From contig CM059431.1 in the NCBI GenBank assembly GCA_030390025.1, forward strand, positions 144,028,001-144,092,000: 64,000 bases of DNA, read 5' to 3'. A model generated the notes under the pieces. It saw nothing but the letters and a program-made list of their open reading frames with translations, was not told the DNA's origin and made no database searches. Below are positions 12,345-24,704 of this stretch, in pieces. The DNA is from Squalus acanthias. Its lineage: Eukaryota. The translations under genes and the position numbers were made by a program. How positions within the stretch are numbered: position 1 is the stretch's first letter; each line of letters opens with the position of its first letter.

Positions 12345-13457
12345 GAAGACTTCTGATCCAGAACTTGCTGCGCCCAAATGTAAGCTGTTCCATTACAGCT
12401 ACAACACTGGCATCTACCCGACAAAATTGAATAATGCCCGGTTATATCCTATCCACAAAGAAACAGGAAAAATCCAATCGGGGCAGTTGCCACCTCTTGA
12501 GTGTACTCTCAGTTATCAGCAACGTGATTGAATGTGTCATCGACAGTGCGATCAAGCAGCACTTAGTCACCAATAACCTGCTCACCGATGCTCAGTTTGG
12601 ATTCCGCCAAGGCCACGCGGCTCCAGACTTGCTCCAAACATGGACAAAATAACTGAATTCCAGTGAGGAGGGGAGAGTGACTGCCCTTTACATCAAGGCA
12701 GTATTTGACCGGGTTTGGCATCAAGGAGCCCTAGTAAAACTGAAGTCAACGGGAATGAAGGGAAATCATACCGAGCACAACGTTGGCTGGTCTCGGTTAT
12801 TGGAGGCCCAACATCTCAGACTCAGGACATCGCTGCAGGAGTTCCTCAGGACAGTGTCCTCAGGCCAATCATCTTCAGCTGCTTCATCAATAAACTTCCC
12901 TCCATAATAAGGTCAGAAGTCGGGATGTTCTCTGATGATTGCCATTCGCAACTCCTCAGATAATTACGGAGACCATGCCCGAATGCAACAAGACCTGGAA
13001 GAAATTAAGTCTTGGTCTGACAAGTGGCAAGTAAAATTCGCGCCATACATGTACCACGCAATGCATATCTCTCAAAACAGAGAGTATAACCACAGCCCCT
13101 TGACATTCAATGTTATTACCAAAGCCGAATCCCCCACCATTAATATCCATTGTCCAGAAACTTAACTGAACCTGCCATATAAATATTGCAGCTGCAAGAG
13201 CAGGTCAGAGGCTGGGTATTCTGCGTCAAGTGACTTACATTCTGACTCCCCAAAGCCTTTCCACCATCGAATGGCACAAGTAAGGAATGTGATGGGATAT
13301 TCAACACTTGCCTGAATGAGTGCAGCTCCAACAACACTCAAGAAGCACGGTACCATCCAGGACAAAGCAGCCCGTTTGATTGGCACCTCAACCAGCACGT
13401 TTAACATTCACTCCCTCCACGATCAATGCACCGTGGTTGCAGTGAGTATCATCTACC
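12345..13457 (+). mobile_element. CR1-clade LINE RT fragment (same family as 52033-54655)
   Basis: ELAAP..KLFHYSYNTGIYP, QFGFRQGH, KAVFDRVWHQG, AGVPQDSVL, FSDD across broken frames. Confidence 0.88.
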
Positions 13458-13689
13458 GGAAACAGAGTTAACGTTTCAGGTGGATCATTTTGCATCATAC
13501 AGATCTAACAGGTTTTAAGCAAGTACAGAGGCAGGGAGAGTTGGGGGGGGGGGGGGAACTAAAAATAAGCTTTGTAATTATGTGAAAGGCAGGAGTGATC
13601 TGAATCTGTCCAATTTCGAACGGTCGAAACAACAACAGAAAACGCTGGAAAAACTCAGCAGGCCAGGCAGCATCCGTGGAGAGAGAAAG

Positions 13690-13726
13690 AGTTAACGTTT
13701 CAGGTCGATGACCTTTCTTCAGAACT
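13690..13726 (-). ncRNA. Minimal type I hammerhead ribozyme motif in Penelope-type repeat
   Basis: Minus strand AGTT-CTGAAGA-A-AGGTC-atc-GACCT-GAAA-CG-TT-AACT: stem I AGTT/AACT, CUGANGA and GAAA cores, 5-bp stem II, loopless palindromic stem III. Confidence 0.65.
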
Positions 13727-14021
13727 GGGAAGAGCCACATTAACTATTTCATGTAGTGCTGCTGTCTGCGTGACTCACCATGTTTTGGATCCGTTCTCCA
13801 GAGTAACTTCATCACGCATAGAGCATGCGGGTTGCTTCATGCACAACGCGTCACTTCTGCAAACACAGCGATATCCCAGATCTTACAGTGCCAGACATCC
13901 GATGCAAGCCATTTCTGCCCCTTCTGACTATCAATCGATGGATCAGGGGTCGGTCAGTGATTGATTAGGACCGCCCCTGCATGGTCCCGATTTTTTGCAT
14001 ATTTGCCATGCTATCAAGTAT

Positions 14022-14768
14022 GATGGCCCAAAAATTCGTGAGGGAGCCTTCGTGCGAGGGTAAGGCTTCCCTGCGATCTTTCACTGCGTGCTGGCTTTTT
14101 CAGTCCCAGCTCGCACGAACTTGATGTTCTGGACAGCAGCTGGCCAGTGCTTCCGTATCCCACAGGCGCAGTTAATTCGTGCGAGCTGTGGGATCACGTG
14201 ACTCAGTTAGAGCCAATGGCAGCACACCATCTTTCATTCATAGCTTTCACATAAGTGCTGTGAAAGCTATGAATACTATACCCCCCAAAAGAACAGCTAA
14301 ACCTCAATTATTTTTTTAAAAAAACCATCACATTAATAAAATAAGTATAGTTAAATAAATTAACCGTTTTAAACAAAAAATTAAATTTTTGAAAAAATTT
14401 AAAATCTTTTAAAATGTTATAAAAATAAACTTACCTGTCTTTAAAGTCTATAAAAAAGATATACCTGTTAAAAAAATTCAAAATAATACTTAATTAACTA
14501 CTTACCTTGTTAAAAGAGGGTCTTACACCTCCTTTTTTTATGGGTAAAATCTTCCGTACTTACCTGCGCGTTCAAAGCACTAAGTGCACTGCGTGCGCGC
14601 AGCCTGTAGCGCGCACGCGATTCACTTAGGAAACGCCCCCTTTTGCATTCACCAAGTGCCGGCTTTCTGCGCATGCGCAGTGCATGCAGAAAACCGGCAA
14701 TTGGAGACAGAATACGCGAGAGTACACAGTGCGTACTCTCGCGTATCAACACAAATTTTTGGGCCATC
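14022..14768. mobile_element. Non-autonomous DNA transposon (MITE)
   Basis: 15-bp terminal inverted repeats GATGGCCCAAAAATT (14022-14036) / AATTTTTGGGCCATC (14754-14768), TAT on both sides, AT-rich core; absent from the paralogous segment near 60300-60380. Confidence 0.75.
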
Positions 14769-15854
14769 TATTTTCTTTCTTCACCTAAAGGAAGGACACA
14801 ACCATCTCCAAGTGAAAACTAGCAATTAAGCAACTTCACTACAGTGTCCTGACTTTCACTAAACTGTGTATTGATACCAGACTCATATCTTTTGGCGACT
14901 CCTACCCACGTGGTTTACATTAAGAAGGGATTGGACAGGATAGATGGAAGAGAAACCTTCCGTTAGTTGAAGGGTAAAGAAATAACGGACAGAGATAAAA
15001 TGATAAATTTAAAAGATTTAGAACTAAAGCTAGGAGAAGGCGCTTTACATGGAGACTTGTGAGACTGTGGATATAACGGAGGAAGAAGTTATATCAATAT
15101 CAATATTGAAGATTAAATTGCAAATGTGGCTGAATATAAATAGGTTGAAGGGATGTTGAATCCGCGTGGGTGAAGTCATTGGAACTATTTGCTCGGGTGG
15201 AGGGTAAAAGTCGACACGGTCTCGTTGGGTCGAATGGACTGTTATAACATTCCAACATTGTGATGACCAGTTGAGATTTTCAGTAAATATCTGTGAACCA
15301 AGATGTCGAATGTCACATTGACGAGTCAAGTTCCTACTGTCTCCATCATCAGACACTGGTCAGGAGACAGGCCCTCGTTCTATTGGTCCAGGAGACAAAT
15401 GGGGGGCGGAGTCTGATGGGGAGACCAGCGCCAGCATCATTCACACCGAGATTACAGAATTACAGATAACCACCATTGTAACACAGTTTCTACATTAAAG
15501 AAAATGTCTCTGTTAATTAAACTGGGGCGTCTCATTCCAGTACCTGCGGCGTGAGGCAGTTAACGCTGACGCACACATGTTCTACTCCACTGCTGAAGAT
15601 CAATCATGACTGTTCTCTTTGAATCTTGAGCGGGAAGTGCGTTGTTTTAGCAGGACACGATTACGTTCACCCGGGGAAAGCAGCAGACATCAAACACACG
15701 GCACAAAGTGAAGGAAATGGTTTCTGATACCTGTTCAATTTCACAGCAACAATTTCGTCCTAACAGAAAGACAGACCAACTAAAATAGAACACGGGCTCT
15801 AATTTAACTCTAGTTAGGACAGGAAGCTTTGGCTTGACTTTTCATTTTTTTCAC

Positions 15855-16741
15855 CTATATCCGAATAAATGCCCAAGGAGATTTCACCAGCTTCTTCAGC
15901 TCTTCCCTGAATTTAGTTTGTGTAGCTGCATAAATACAAGTGTTTGTGCAGGAACTCAAATACATCAGCAGATTTCCGGTTTCAGTGGCGATGTATGCAG
16001 GGTCTGTATAATCACGACGGTGATGCACGGCCAGGTTGTTAACTACAAAACTCATGTCAGCTGTCAGCCACAACAATATAAAACTGCCCGATACAGTGAA
16101 CAGTAAAATGATGGATTTCCTTCGCTTCTCCATCTCTGGATCGCTATGATTCTCACTGCTGTGATCCCGGAGTCTCCTGTGGGCTCCGCTGGCCACTAAA
16201 ATACGTCTGACTGTCAAACAATTAAGCAGTAATATCAAAGCAAAAGGAAGCCACGTAATGAAAACATTTTCTAAGCGGAAGTAAGCTACACCTGCAGGCG
16301 ATGAAAAAAAGGCCGCACTGGGGCGGAAACCCCAGGGAACATTATTGATGATTTGTTTGTGTTCAAAGGCAAACCAAAATGGGATGTTCTCTAAATAAAC
16401 CAGGACAGAGACCGTTGTTATTACCGCGGCCGCAGTTCTCACTGTGCAATACTTTGTTTTAAACTTCTGACAACATATAGCTACAAATCGGTCAAATGTG
16501 AAGGAGACGGTAAACCACACCGACATATCCAGGTTGGTACAAGACATGTACATCATGAACTTACAAACGGCAGTGTAGGACAGGAATGAATATGGGAAGT
16601 GTTTACTCAAAATGTGATATACGATTACATTGATGATCATGACCAGTAGATCTGCTGTTGCCATGGCCACCATGTAGACCGAGATACATTTGGAAAGACC
16701 GCATTTTCCTCTGGAGAGAATCACCATTGTCAATAGGTTCG
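15855..16741 (-). CDS. GPR139/GPR142-like class A orphan GPCR, copy 1, exon 2
   Basis: Acceptor ctttcttacag; TM1-TM7, MATADL, FDRFVAIC, SSCTNTCIY; stop at 15855-15857. With exon 1 gives 318 aa. Confidence 0.9.
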
Positions 16742-18246
16742 CTGTAAGAAAGAGGGACAAGAGTAAGTAATGGGGACCCTCGGATAAATCTTACAGCGTA
16801 TTGTGGGGAGATGAACCGATGTTTTCCTACTGAGGGTTATGCACACGTTATTATATAGACGAACATTGACAAAAGACCTTTTCAAACGAAAGTAATCATT
16901 AAACACTCAATATCGAGGGACTGAGAAGGCGCCGTCCTTGCAGCACACTTAAGTCAGACTGTGTCAAGTTGGTGGGTAGAGGTGGGTGCTGGGAGGGTCG
17001 CTCGTATTCAGTATCGCCATGGTAACGGATAGAGACCCCCAACACCACCGACAACCAGGCAATGATGGCTGAACGGAGGGGAATTTTGACTTTGGGCGAC
17101 AGTGTAAAACGGGCGACTCCGGATCAGCCGTCCATGATACATCTCTTCCAATCTCCATCACTATCGCCACTGACACTATATTCATGCATGAAAAAGAAAA
17201 TTCTGGACATACTCAGCAGGACAAGCATTATGTGTGGAGAGGAAAACAAATTTACATTTCATATTGAAACCTTTCGTTTGAAATCCATTGGGTCTCCATT
17301 CACACTTTAACGATGCGGTCCAGGTCAAGCCGCAGTACCTCGCAGGGACGGTACAGTAACAGGTTAAAGTCCCTTCAAGGGCAACCTTGGAAGATCCGAT
17401 AGCTTGTTAATTTTCAAAGTCAATAAAGAAGCGGAATCCCTTACATACATCCAACCACACATTCCATTGCAGTGTGGAGCGCTGAAACCATCCCGCCATG
17501 AGGCTGGGACCATGTGATGCACCGAGCCAATTTGATGAGTTACTACAGCGGCCCCAGGGAGCAATCGATGGAATTTTCCATTTAATCTCATCGGTTTAAT
17601 TGGCGAGGGGGATCTCGGGAGCGGCATCAGATGTCAGCTGTATTCAATATAATTTACAAACAATTACTGGAAAGATATGAATATAAATAATACATTCAGC
17701 TGTGCCACAAACATTCGATGTGGGTCGAAACTCTGCGCTTTTTCTATTTCTAATGGCCCCGAGAGAGCTGCTCGGTAACAGAGCGGGAGCTGGTGGAGCC
17801 GCGAAGGTTCTTTGCAGCCGAGGGGAGTGCAGCAGCTCCCTAAGCGGCAATTATTGATCCAAATATCTTTCACAGTCCTCTGATGGTTGGAGGTGGTTGC
17901 AGTACAAGGAATTATCAACTTAAAGTAGACAGGGAACAACGGTACAGATGAAATGATTACCATGGACACTAAGCAACACATTCTTCAGTGATCTATGTAC
18001 TATTTGAGGGGCCGGGGAATCAGCCTCGCCCCCCCTCAGTTTACGGAGGAAAGTTGAGCGCCCGGTTGCCACGATCGAGCGTCCAGAACAGCGCCTCATC
18101 GGCCGCACGGACTAGCAAAATTCCCGCTGATTTTCACCGACATATCCCGGTGGATCAATGACTCTGCAATGAGGACATGCTCGGAATATATTACATTAAC
18201 ACTGATATAGTCAACAGCTATTACACAACAGAATACATTGACTTAC

Positions 18247-18316
18247 CCGGAGCCCCAAATGTTGCGGGAACTGGGTAGTAAATTTGCTTTATCTGTAGAA
18301 TTGTTGGCAGTTCCAT
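18247..18316 (-). CDS. GPCR copy 1, exon 1
   Basis: ATG MELPTILQIKQIYYPVPATFGAP + G|gtaagt; 70 nt, phase 1, joins exon 2 as GCG-AAC. Confidence 0.88.
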
Positions 18317-18394
18317 TTTAATAAAAACTGTGCGAAACCTGTCCAGCTTTACGGTTCGGAATGGAGTGTATCTGATTTCGGTAAATACTCCTCA

Positions 18395-18400
18395 TTTATA
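18395..18400 (-). promoter_or_regulatory. Candidate TATA box, GPCR copy 1
   Basis: TATAAA about 80 bp upstream of ATG, conserved at the same spacing in copy 2. Confidence 0.55.
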
Positions 18401-18689
18401 GAACAATCGGTGCCAGGTCAGAAAAAAACATGTTACACAGTAAGTGGCGTTAGTGAAAGTCACTTGACAAACAAGGGGCGATTTTCCGCTTCAGTGCGCC
18501 CGGGCCGTAGTGGGGAAATTATATGGAAAGTAATCCCAGAGTGAATGTGCCCTGCGCATGATCCCTGAACGCTGAATGGAACATCCCTCCTGGTCTCTGC
18601 CTTAGGCTCTTGAGGTTTCAAATCCATTCGCTGAAAATCTTACTCATCCATTGCATAAGCTAAATTAGTTTTTTTTACTTTACTGATAC

Positions 18690-20330
18690 CTAGTGATGAC
18701 TCCGCTATAATATTACTGGCAATGATTCATTGCTAACAATACTGGAGATGATTCATCGATAACATTACTAGTGATGACTCCTCTCTAACATTGCTGCCGG
18801 TGATCCTACTCCAATATTACTGGCGATTACGCTACGCTGACTTTAATGCTGGTGATCCTATTCTACCGTTACTGGTTTTGATCCTATTCTAACATTATTG
18901 GTCTTTGGCCCTACTCTAACATTACTGGTGGTGAATCTGCTCTAAGATTAGTGGTGGTCACCCCACACTAACATTACTGGCTTTGACCCTACACAAAAAT
19001 TAATGGCGGTGAACCTATCTAACATTACAGGTAGTGACCCTACTGTAATATTACTGGTGGGGGCTCTACGCTAATATTATTGCTAGTGACTGTACTCTAA
19101 CATTAATGGTGGTGACGCTACTCTAACATTACTGGTGGTGACCCTACTCTAACAATACTGGTGGTGACCCTACTCTAACATTAATGGTGGTGACCCTACA
19201 CTAACATTAATGGCGGTGACCTCCTCTAACATTAATGGTGGTGACCCTACTCTAACATTACTGGTGGTGACTCTACTCTAACATTACTAGTGGTGATCCT
19301 GCTCTAACATTAATGGTGGTGACCCTACTATAACATTACTGTTGGTGACTCCACTCTAACATTACTGGTGGTGACACTTCAGTAACATTTCTGGTGGTTT
19401 ATCTACTCTAACATTACTGGTGGTGACCCTACTCTAACAATACTGGTGGTGACCCTACTTTAACATTAATGGTGATGACCCTAATCTAACATAACTGGTG
19501 GTGATCCTACTTTAACATTAATGGCGGTGACCTCCTCTAACATTAATGGTGGTGACCCTACTCTAACATTACTGGTGGTGACTCTACTCTAACATTACTA
19601 GTGGTGACCCTGCTCTAACATTAATGGTGGTGACCCTACTATAACATTACTGTTGGTGACTCCACTCTAACATTACTGGTGGTGACGCTTCAGTAACATT
19701 TCTGGTGGTTTATCTACTCTAACATTACTGGTAGTGACTCTCCTCTCACATTAGTAGTAGTGACCCTACTCTAACATTAATGGTGGTGACTCTACTCTAA
19801 TATTACTGGAGGTGAGCCAGCACTAACATTACTGTTGTTGACCCTACTCTAACATTACTGGTGGTGATTCTACACTACAATTGCAGTTGTTGAATCTACT
19901 CTAATATGACTGCTGGTGCACCTACACTAACATTACTGGTGGTGACTCCATTATAACATTACTGGTGGTGACTCCATTATAACATTACTGGTGGTGACCC
20001 TACTCTAACAGTACTGGTGGTGACCCTACTCCAAAATTACGGGTGGTGACTCTACTACAACATTGCTGGTGGTGACCCTACTCTAACATTACTGGTGGTG
20101 ACTCTACTACATCATTACTGGTGTTGACCCTACTCTAACATTACTGGTGGTGGCCGTACTCTAGCATTACTGGTGGTGACACTACTCTAAAATTACTGGT
20201 GGTGATACTACTCAAACTTTACTGGTGTTGACCCTACTCTAACATTACTGCTGGCGACTCTACTCTATCATTACTGGTGGTGATCCTACTCTAACATTAA
20301 TGCTAGTGAACCTACTCTAACATTGCTCTA
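18690..20330. repeat. 26-bp tandem repeat (CTACTCTAACATTACTGGTGGTGACC)n
   Basis: About 60 units, more degenerate at the left end. Confidence 0.95.
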
Positions 20331-20721
20331 ACAGACAGTATTAAGTTTAATGTGCCCTAAGTTTCCTGAGTTCTATTTTCCTGCTTTCTATATTTACTGT
20401 GTCCTTTTCAATGTAATTTTTGTTTCCTGTTATTCTGGTTTCACATTTTCCTCGTGCTTACTCTCTCCTAAGTTTCCTTATTCGTGTTTCCTGTGTTTCC
20501 TTTGCTCCCTGTGATAGCTCAAGTCCAAAGAAAGTTTGAGGGAACCAAAGTGCTAATTCAAAGGGAGCAACAAACGCCCCCAAATAAATAGGGTCTCCTA
20601 AGACAGAATAACATAGAAATTACAACATGGAATCGGGCCAACCATTCCGTATAGTTGATAATTCACTCCAATTTACATGTGCCCACCTGGTTCCCATATC
20701 ACTTTATCCCACTTTGCTTTT

Positions 20722-20985
20722 CTAATTCATTTATTGGATGTGGTCGTCGCTGGCAAGACCTACATTTATTGCCCATCCCTAAGCCCTTGTGAATGTGATG
20801 GCGAGCCGCCTTCTTGAAACGCTGCAATCCGTGTGGTGAATTTGCTCCAACATTGTGGTTAGGTAGGCAGTTCCAGGATTTTAATCCAGCGACAATGAAG
20901 GATCGGCGATATACTTCTAAGTCAGGATGGTGTGTGACTTGGAGGGCAACTTGGAGGTGGTGGTTTTCCCATGCGGCTGCTCCCC
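20722..20985 (-). mobile_element. 3' end of CR1-clade LINE
   Basis: Reverse complement homologous to 59380-59637. Confidence 0.8.
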
Positions 20986-21159
20986 CTATGTGGAGGATGT
21001 TGCGTGTTCAACCAAGTATCTAATTTATTCATAACCGTTGACATTTTTAAACATCATTCAATGATGTTGCCAGTTACTGCCCATCAACGTTGCCATGAGA
21101 AGGTGATTTGAATAAACAATCTATGTTGCCGGAGACTTCCCGATGGGACATTAAATCGA

Positions 21160-21442
21160 TGCCTTCTCTGACAACTTGGTGGACGTTAAAGAGCCCATGG
21201 CACTATTGAGAAGAAGAGCAGTGGAATTCTACGCGGCGATCTCGCAAATATTTAACCTCAAACAACAACAGGTAAACAGATTATCTGCTGATTATTACAT
21301 TGTGGTAGTGTGTTGTGCCCTAATTGGCAACCAAATGTACTACACAACAGTGACCGCTCCTCACAAGTACTGAATTGGCTGTAAATTGCTTCGTGATATC
21401 CTGAGCTCGTGAAAGGCGTTCTATCAATGCAAAGCTTCCTTT
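21160..21442 (+). mobile_element. Deu-domain SINE remnant with L2-type tail
   Basis: GGACGTTAAAGAGCCCATGGCACTATT..GAAGAAGAGCAG resembles the DeuSINE core; similar copy at 40530-40935. Confidence 0.6.
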
Positions 21443-23044
21443 GATAAGCATATAACACAAAACTGCTCTCGGATTGTGCAGGACAGATTAAGCAGTGAGC
21501 ATTTAATGAATGGTGATGTGACTGTGGATAGCGGGTACACTGAGCGCTGGGCAGCAAGCTAAAAAACACACAGAGGACTGAGCTACAACGCCTAATAACC
21601 ATGACGTTTCAGGCTCTAATGCTGCAGTTGTGATGTGCTCCAGTCAGTACTGACCCTGGGTATTGACGTTATTTCTGGTCAATCATGCACAAAGGTAGCT
21701 TCCACTCCTGGGAGCGGGATAGAGGGAGGCCGCTAGGCCGCGTTCCAGTGTCAGAGAGCTCGGCCACGGGGAAAGTGCACCGAAAAGTCACGCTGTTAAA
21801 ACTTAATGACGGTGCAAGAACATAGAAAGATAGGAAAAGGCCAGCTGGCCCAGCAATCCTGCTCCCACAGGCTTGTAGCATCAGGGCTTTCTACCTCCAT
21901 GTGATATCCTGGGAGCAGTAAAATACCAGGAAAGAAACAGGGCGAATAACGGGGGAAATCCTCTCCGACATGCTCAGGCGATCGAAACCAGTCCAGCAGA
22001 TCACAGTGGCCATGCGCACGTTAATAGTTAAACCATTTACATTTAATATGAGGCGTCTCTGGCCCAGCCAAGACCAGTCCAGCTCCCTGCTGAAGGGATG
22101 CAGAGAGTCAGCACACACCGCACAAACTGGCAACGCAATCCAAACGCTCACTGCTCTCTGGGAAAGCCGAGCATCCAGCCTATTCCTACGCTAGTGTAAT
22201 TTAAATGCTTTCCCCTGGTTCTCTACATCCTCTCAAACTCAAATAACCTATCATTCGACACTCTATCCTTAGCATTCATTATTTTATATAACTCTAAGGT
22301 GGCCTTTAAGACTGTGGACCTGTGGAGTTAGGCATGGTACGAGGGGTGGTAAACAAGGATTATCTTAATCTGGTTTAATGGTACAGAGCGGTAAAGGACT
22401 AGAACTTGGACCATGTGTCAATGCTTCATGATTGTGCTGACTGATCACTGAATTGATATTCTGGGTCGGGATGGGCGGAAGACTGTTGAACCGTTCAAGG
22501 AGCAGCTAGAGGCGGTGATGGGATTTGTGGGTCCAGTGGATTGATCTGCTCGATGGACCGAAAGTTATGCCTCATCCGGATTTATCTGAATGAACCAGGG
22601 CTTCGCCAGTGTTGTGAGCGGGCAAGGAAGAGGTTGAACATTAACTAGAGGATCGGTAGTTAGTGGCACTAAGCGGTTAACAAGGGACTTGAATATAACT
22701 AGTTAATGATTAAGGTAGAACCTCTAAGGATTAGCCATATTTTTATTATAGTTTGATCTTAACTAGTTGTTGTTTTTGACAGAGGACTGAGCTACATTAA
22801 TAGATTAATAAGCTGTTTGTTATAGTTACTCTGAGACTGTACATGGAAGGTTTTTTCGTGGATTGTAGTTTTGCTATTTCATTAGACACCGATAGTTTAA
22901 CCAAGTCTTCCAACGTAATATATTACTGAATTAAACATGGCAGCGGTGGGTGAATACATGTTTGATTAAACCTAACATTAAACAGAACATTGAGACCTTA
23001 ACAACAGGCTCCGTTTTAACTACTTCAATTAAACAGAACACCAA

Positions 23045-23928
23045 GGGGTAAAAATTCACTTGGTTGCGCCTCCCGTTAGCGCCTTAAGAGGGCGCTAATG
23101 GGGCGCAAAGCCGCTAACGCCCGGGCGCAGCGATGTTTGCGCCGCTCGAGAACTTAACTTGAGATTGTGCGGCGGCGCTAAAACTTACCGCTGCGTCCAC
23201 CTGCGCGCGCAGATTGTGACGTCATTCCATGGTGCAACGCCCTTGTGGCGCCCCGTAGCAGAAATTGAGTGGCGCCCCCTGCCTTACCGCCTGGCGCTTC
23301 CAACGACCAGAAGACTGGAACGCTATCAATCGCTGTGGGGGGCGCTATTTAAAGGGGGCCTCTTCCTGTCTTTTATTGTTGGTGGCATTTTTGAACTACG
23401 CATTCTGAGAGAGAGAGGGAGAGACTTCTGGAGAGATTCAACGTTGTGTGAAGGAGTTTTGTGTACTGAGCAGCACTTTGCAGGTTCATTTTGATTTGCC
23501 ATTCCTTGTATCGATTTAGCAGAGACTGTGGGAGCTGCACTCTGAGCTCTTTGCCTGGTACGCTCCATTGTTCTTTCCAGCACATTTGATGTGCAAGTCT
23601 CTCCAGGCCGAGATTCAAGGCAGCAATGAACAGGATGTGGATGGAACGCAAGATTAACCATCCCCTTTAAGAACTGGCCCGTGCCATTGTGTGTGTGTTC
23701 CATTGCTGACTGACATTACATGAGCTTCGCCAGCGCTCCGAGTTAGCGCCTCACTGCTCGGCCTTTGCGCCTTAAGAGAGGTGTGCAGCGCCTGCTTTAG
23801 CGCTCCACTCACCTCCCGGGCGGTAAAAGTGAAGTTTCCTGTCAGTGCCGATAATTAGCGCCAGGCGCTAATATTTGCGTCCGGACGATATTTGCGCCCC
23901 AAATGGGGCGCGACCTAATTTCTACCCC
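23045..23928. mobile_element. PIF/Harbinger-like MITE
   Basis: TIRs GGGGTAAAAATT / AATTTCTACCCC, flanked by 3-bp direct repeat CAA (23042-23044, 23929-23931); GC-rich subterminal regions with repeated GCGCC. Confidence 0.75.
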
Positions 23929-24173
23929 CAAGGGTGTTGACCCGAGCCAGCTGCTGGGTTGGAGTGGGCGGAGATTTAAAGGTCCTGTCGGACGGGGGCC
24001 CAGAGGGATTAAACAGATGGTGTGAGCAGGCTCGCACACACGGTCTGTCACTCACACATGGACTGACAACGCCTGCTGCTTTACATAACGGGCCAGTATT
24101 ATGGTCTGGTCAGCTATGAGCCTGCTTGTCACAGGCCAGGCTGAGGGATTCTGTGGAGCTCCCAGCACGGTCA

Positions 24174-24288
24174 ATGTCAGGAAGGCTGAGGCTACGATTC
24201 GCTTCAAACCCCTTGGAGAGTGTGAGCCTCTCCATTAATGAGAAGATCCTCAGGGAATGTCACTTGCTGTACACCGACTCAAATCACG
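24174..24288 (+). CDS. Dynamin/EHD-like P-loop NTPase, coding exon 1 of 12
   Basis: ATG MSGRLRLRFASNPLESVSLSINEKILRECHLLYTDSNH + G|gtaaga; a possible acceptor at 24133-24134 suggests an upstream 5' UTR exon. Confidence 0.78.
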
Positions 24289-24704
24289 GTAAGACATTGG
24301 GGGCAAGCGTTTTAGGGACAGCATTGAGATATATTTTCAACATATATTTACAACACACGACCCAGTCCCTCCCCCACGTGTGTTAAAGGCAGCAACTGAG
24401 AGCTTTATTTCGGTGTTTCTGAGTCACTCGGCTCTCGGGTTTCACTCTGCCTGAGTTGGCAGCAATTCAACTTTATGATGTTGCTTTCAGCAGGACTTTG
24501 TCAGAACTCGCTCTCAGAGCGGTGTTTGTTTGAGACATGTTTCTTTTAAGAATATTTAAATGTATCTATATGATTCAGTCATGTATCTGTAAATTTGAAG
24601 CGCGAGCTCTGTGATTTAATCAAGCTTTAAGGATTCTTGTTGTTCACAATGCACTGGCTCCGTCTGGTCTGAGCACAGCAGGGCTGCAGAAAGAGGAAGG
24701 ATCG

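Noticed and set aside
15325..15372. Hammerhead in the conserved 3' block (CTGATGA on minus strand)
   Set aside because: No stem II followed by GAAA.
18690..20330. CRISPR-like array (also the 28, 48 and 67-bp arrays)
   Set aside because: Head-to-tail units without unique spacers, no cas genes, eukaryotic context.
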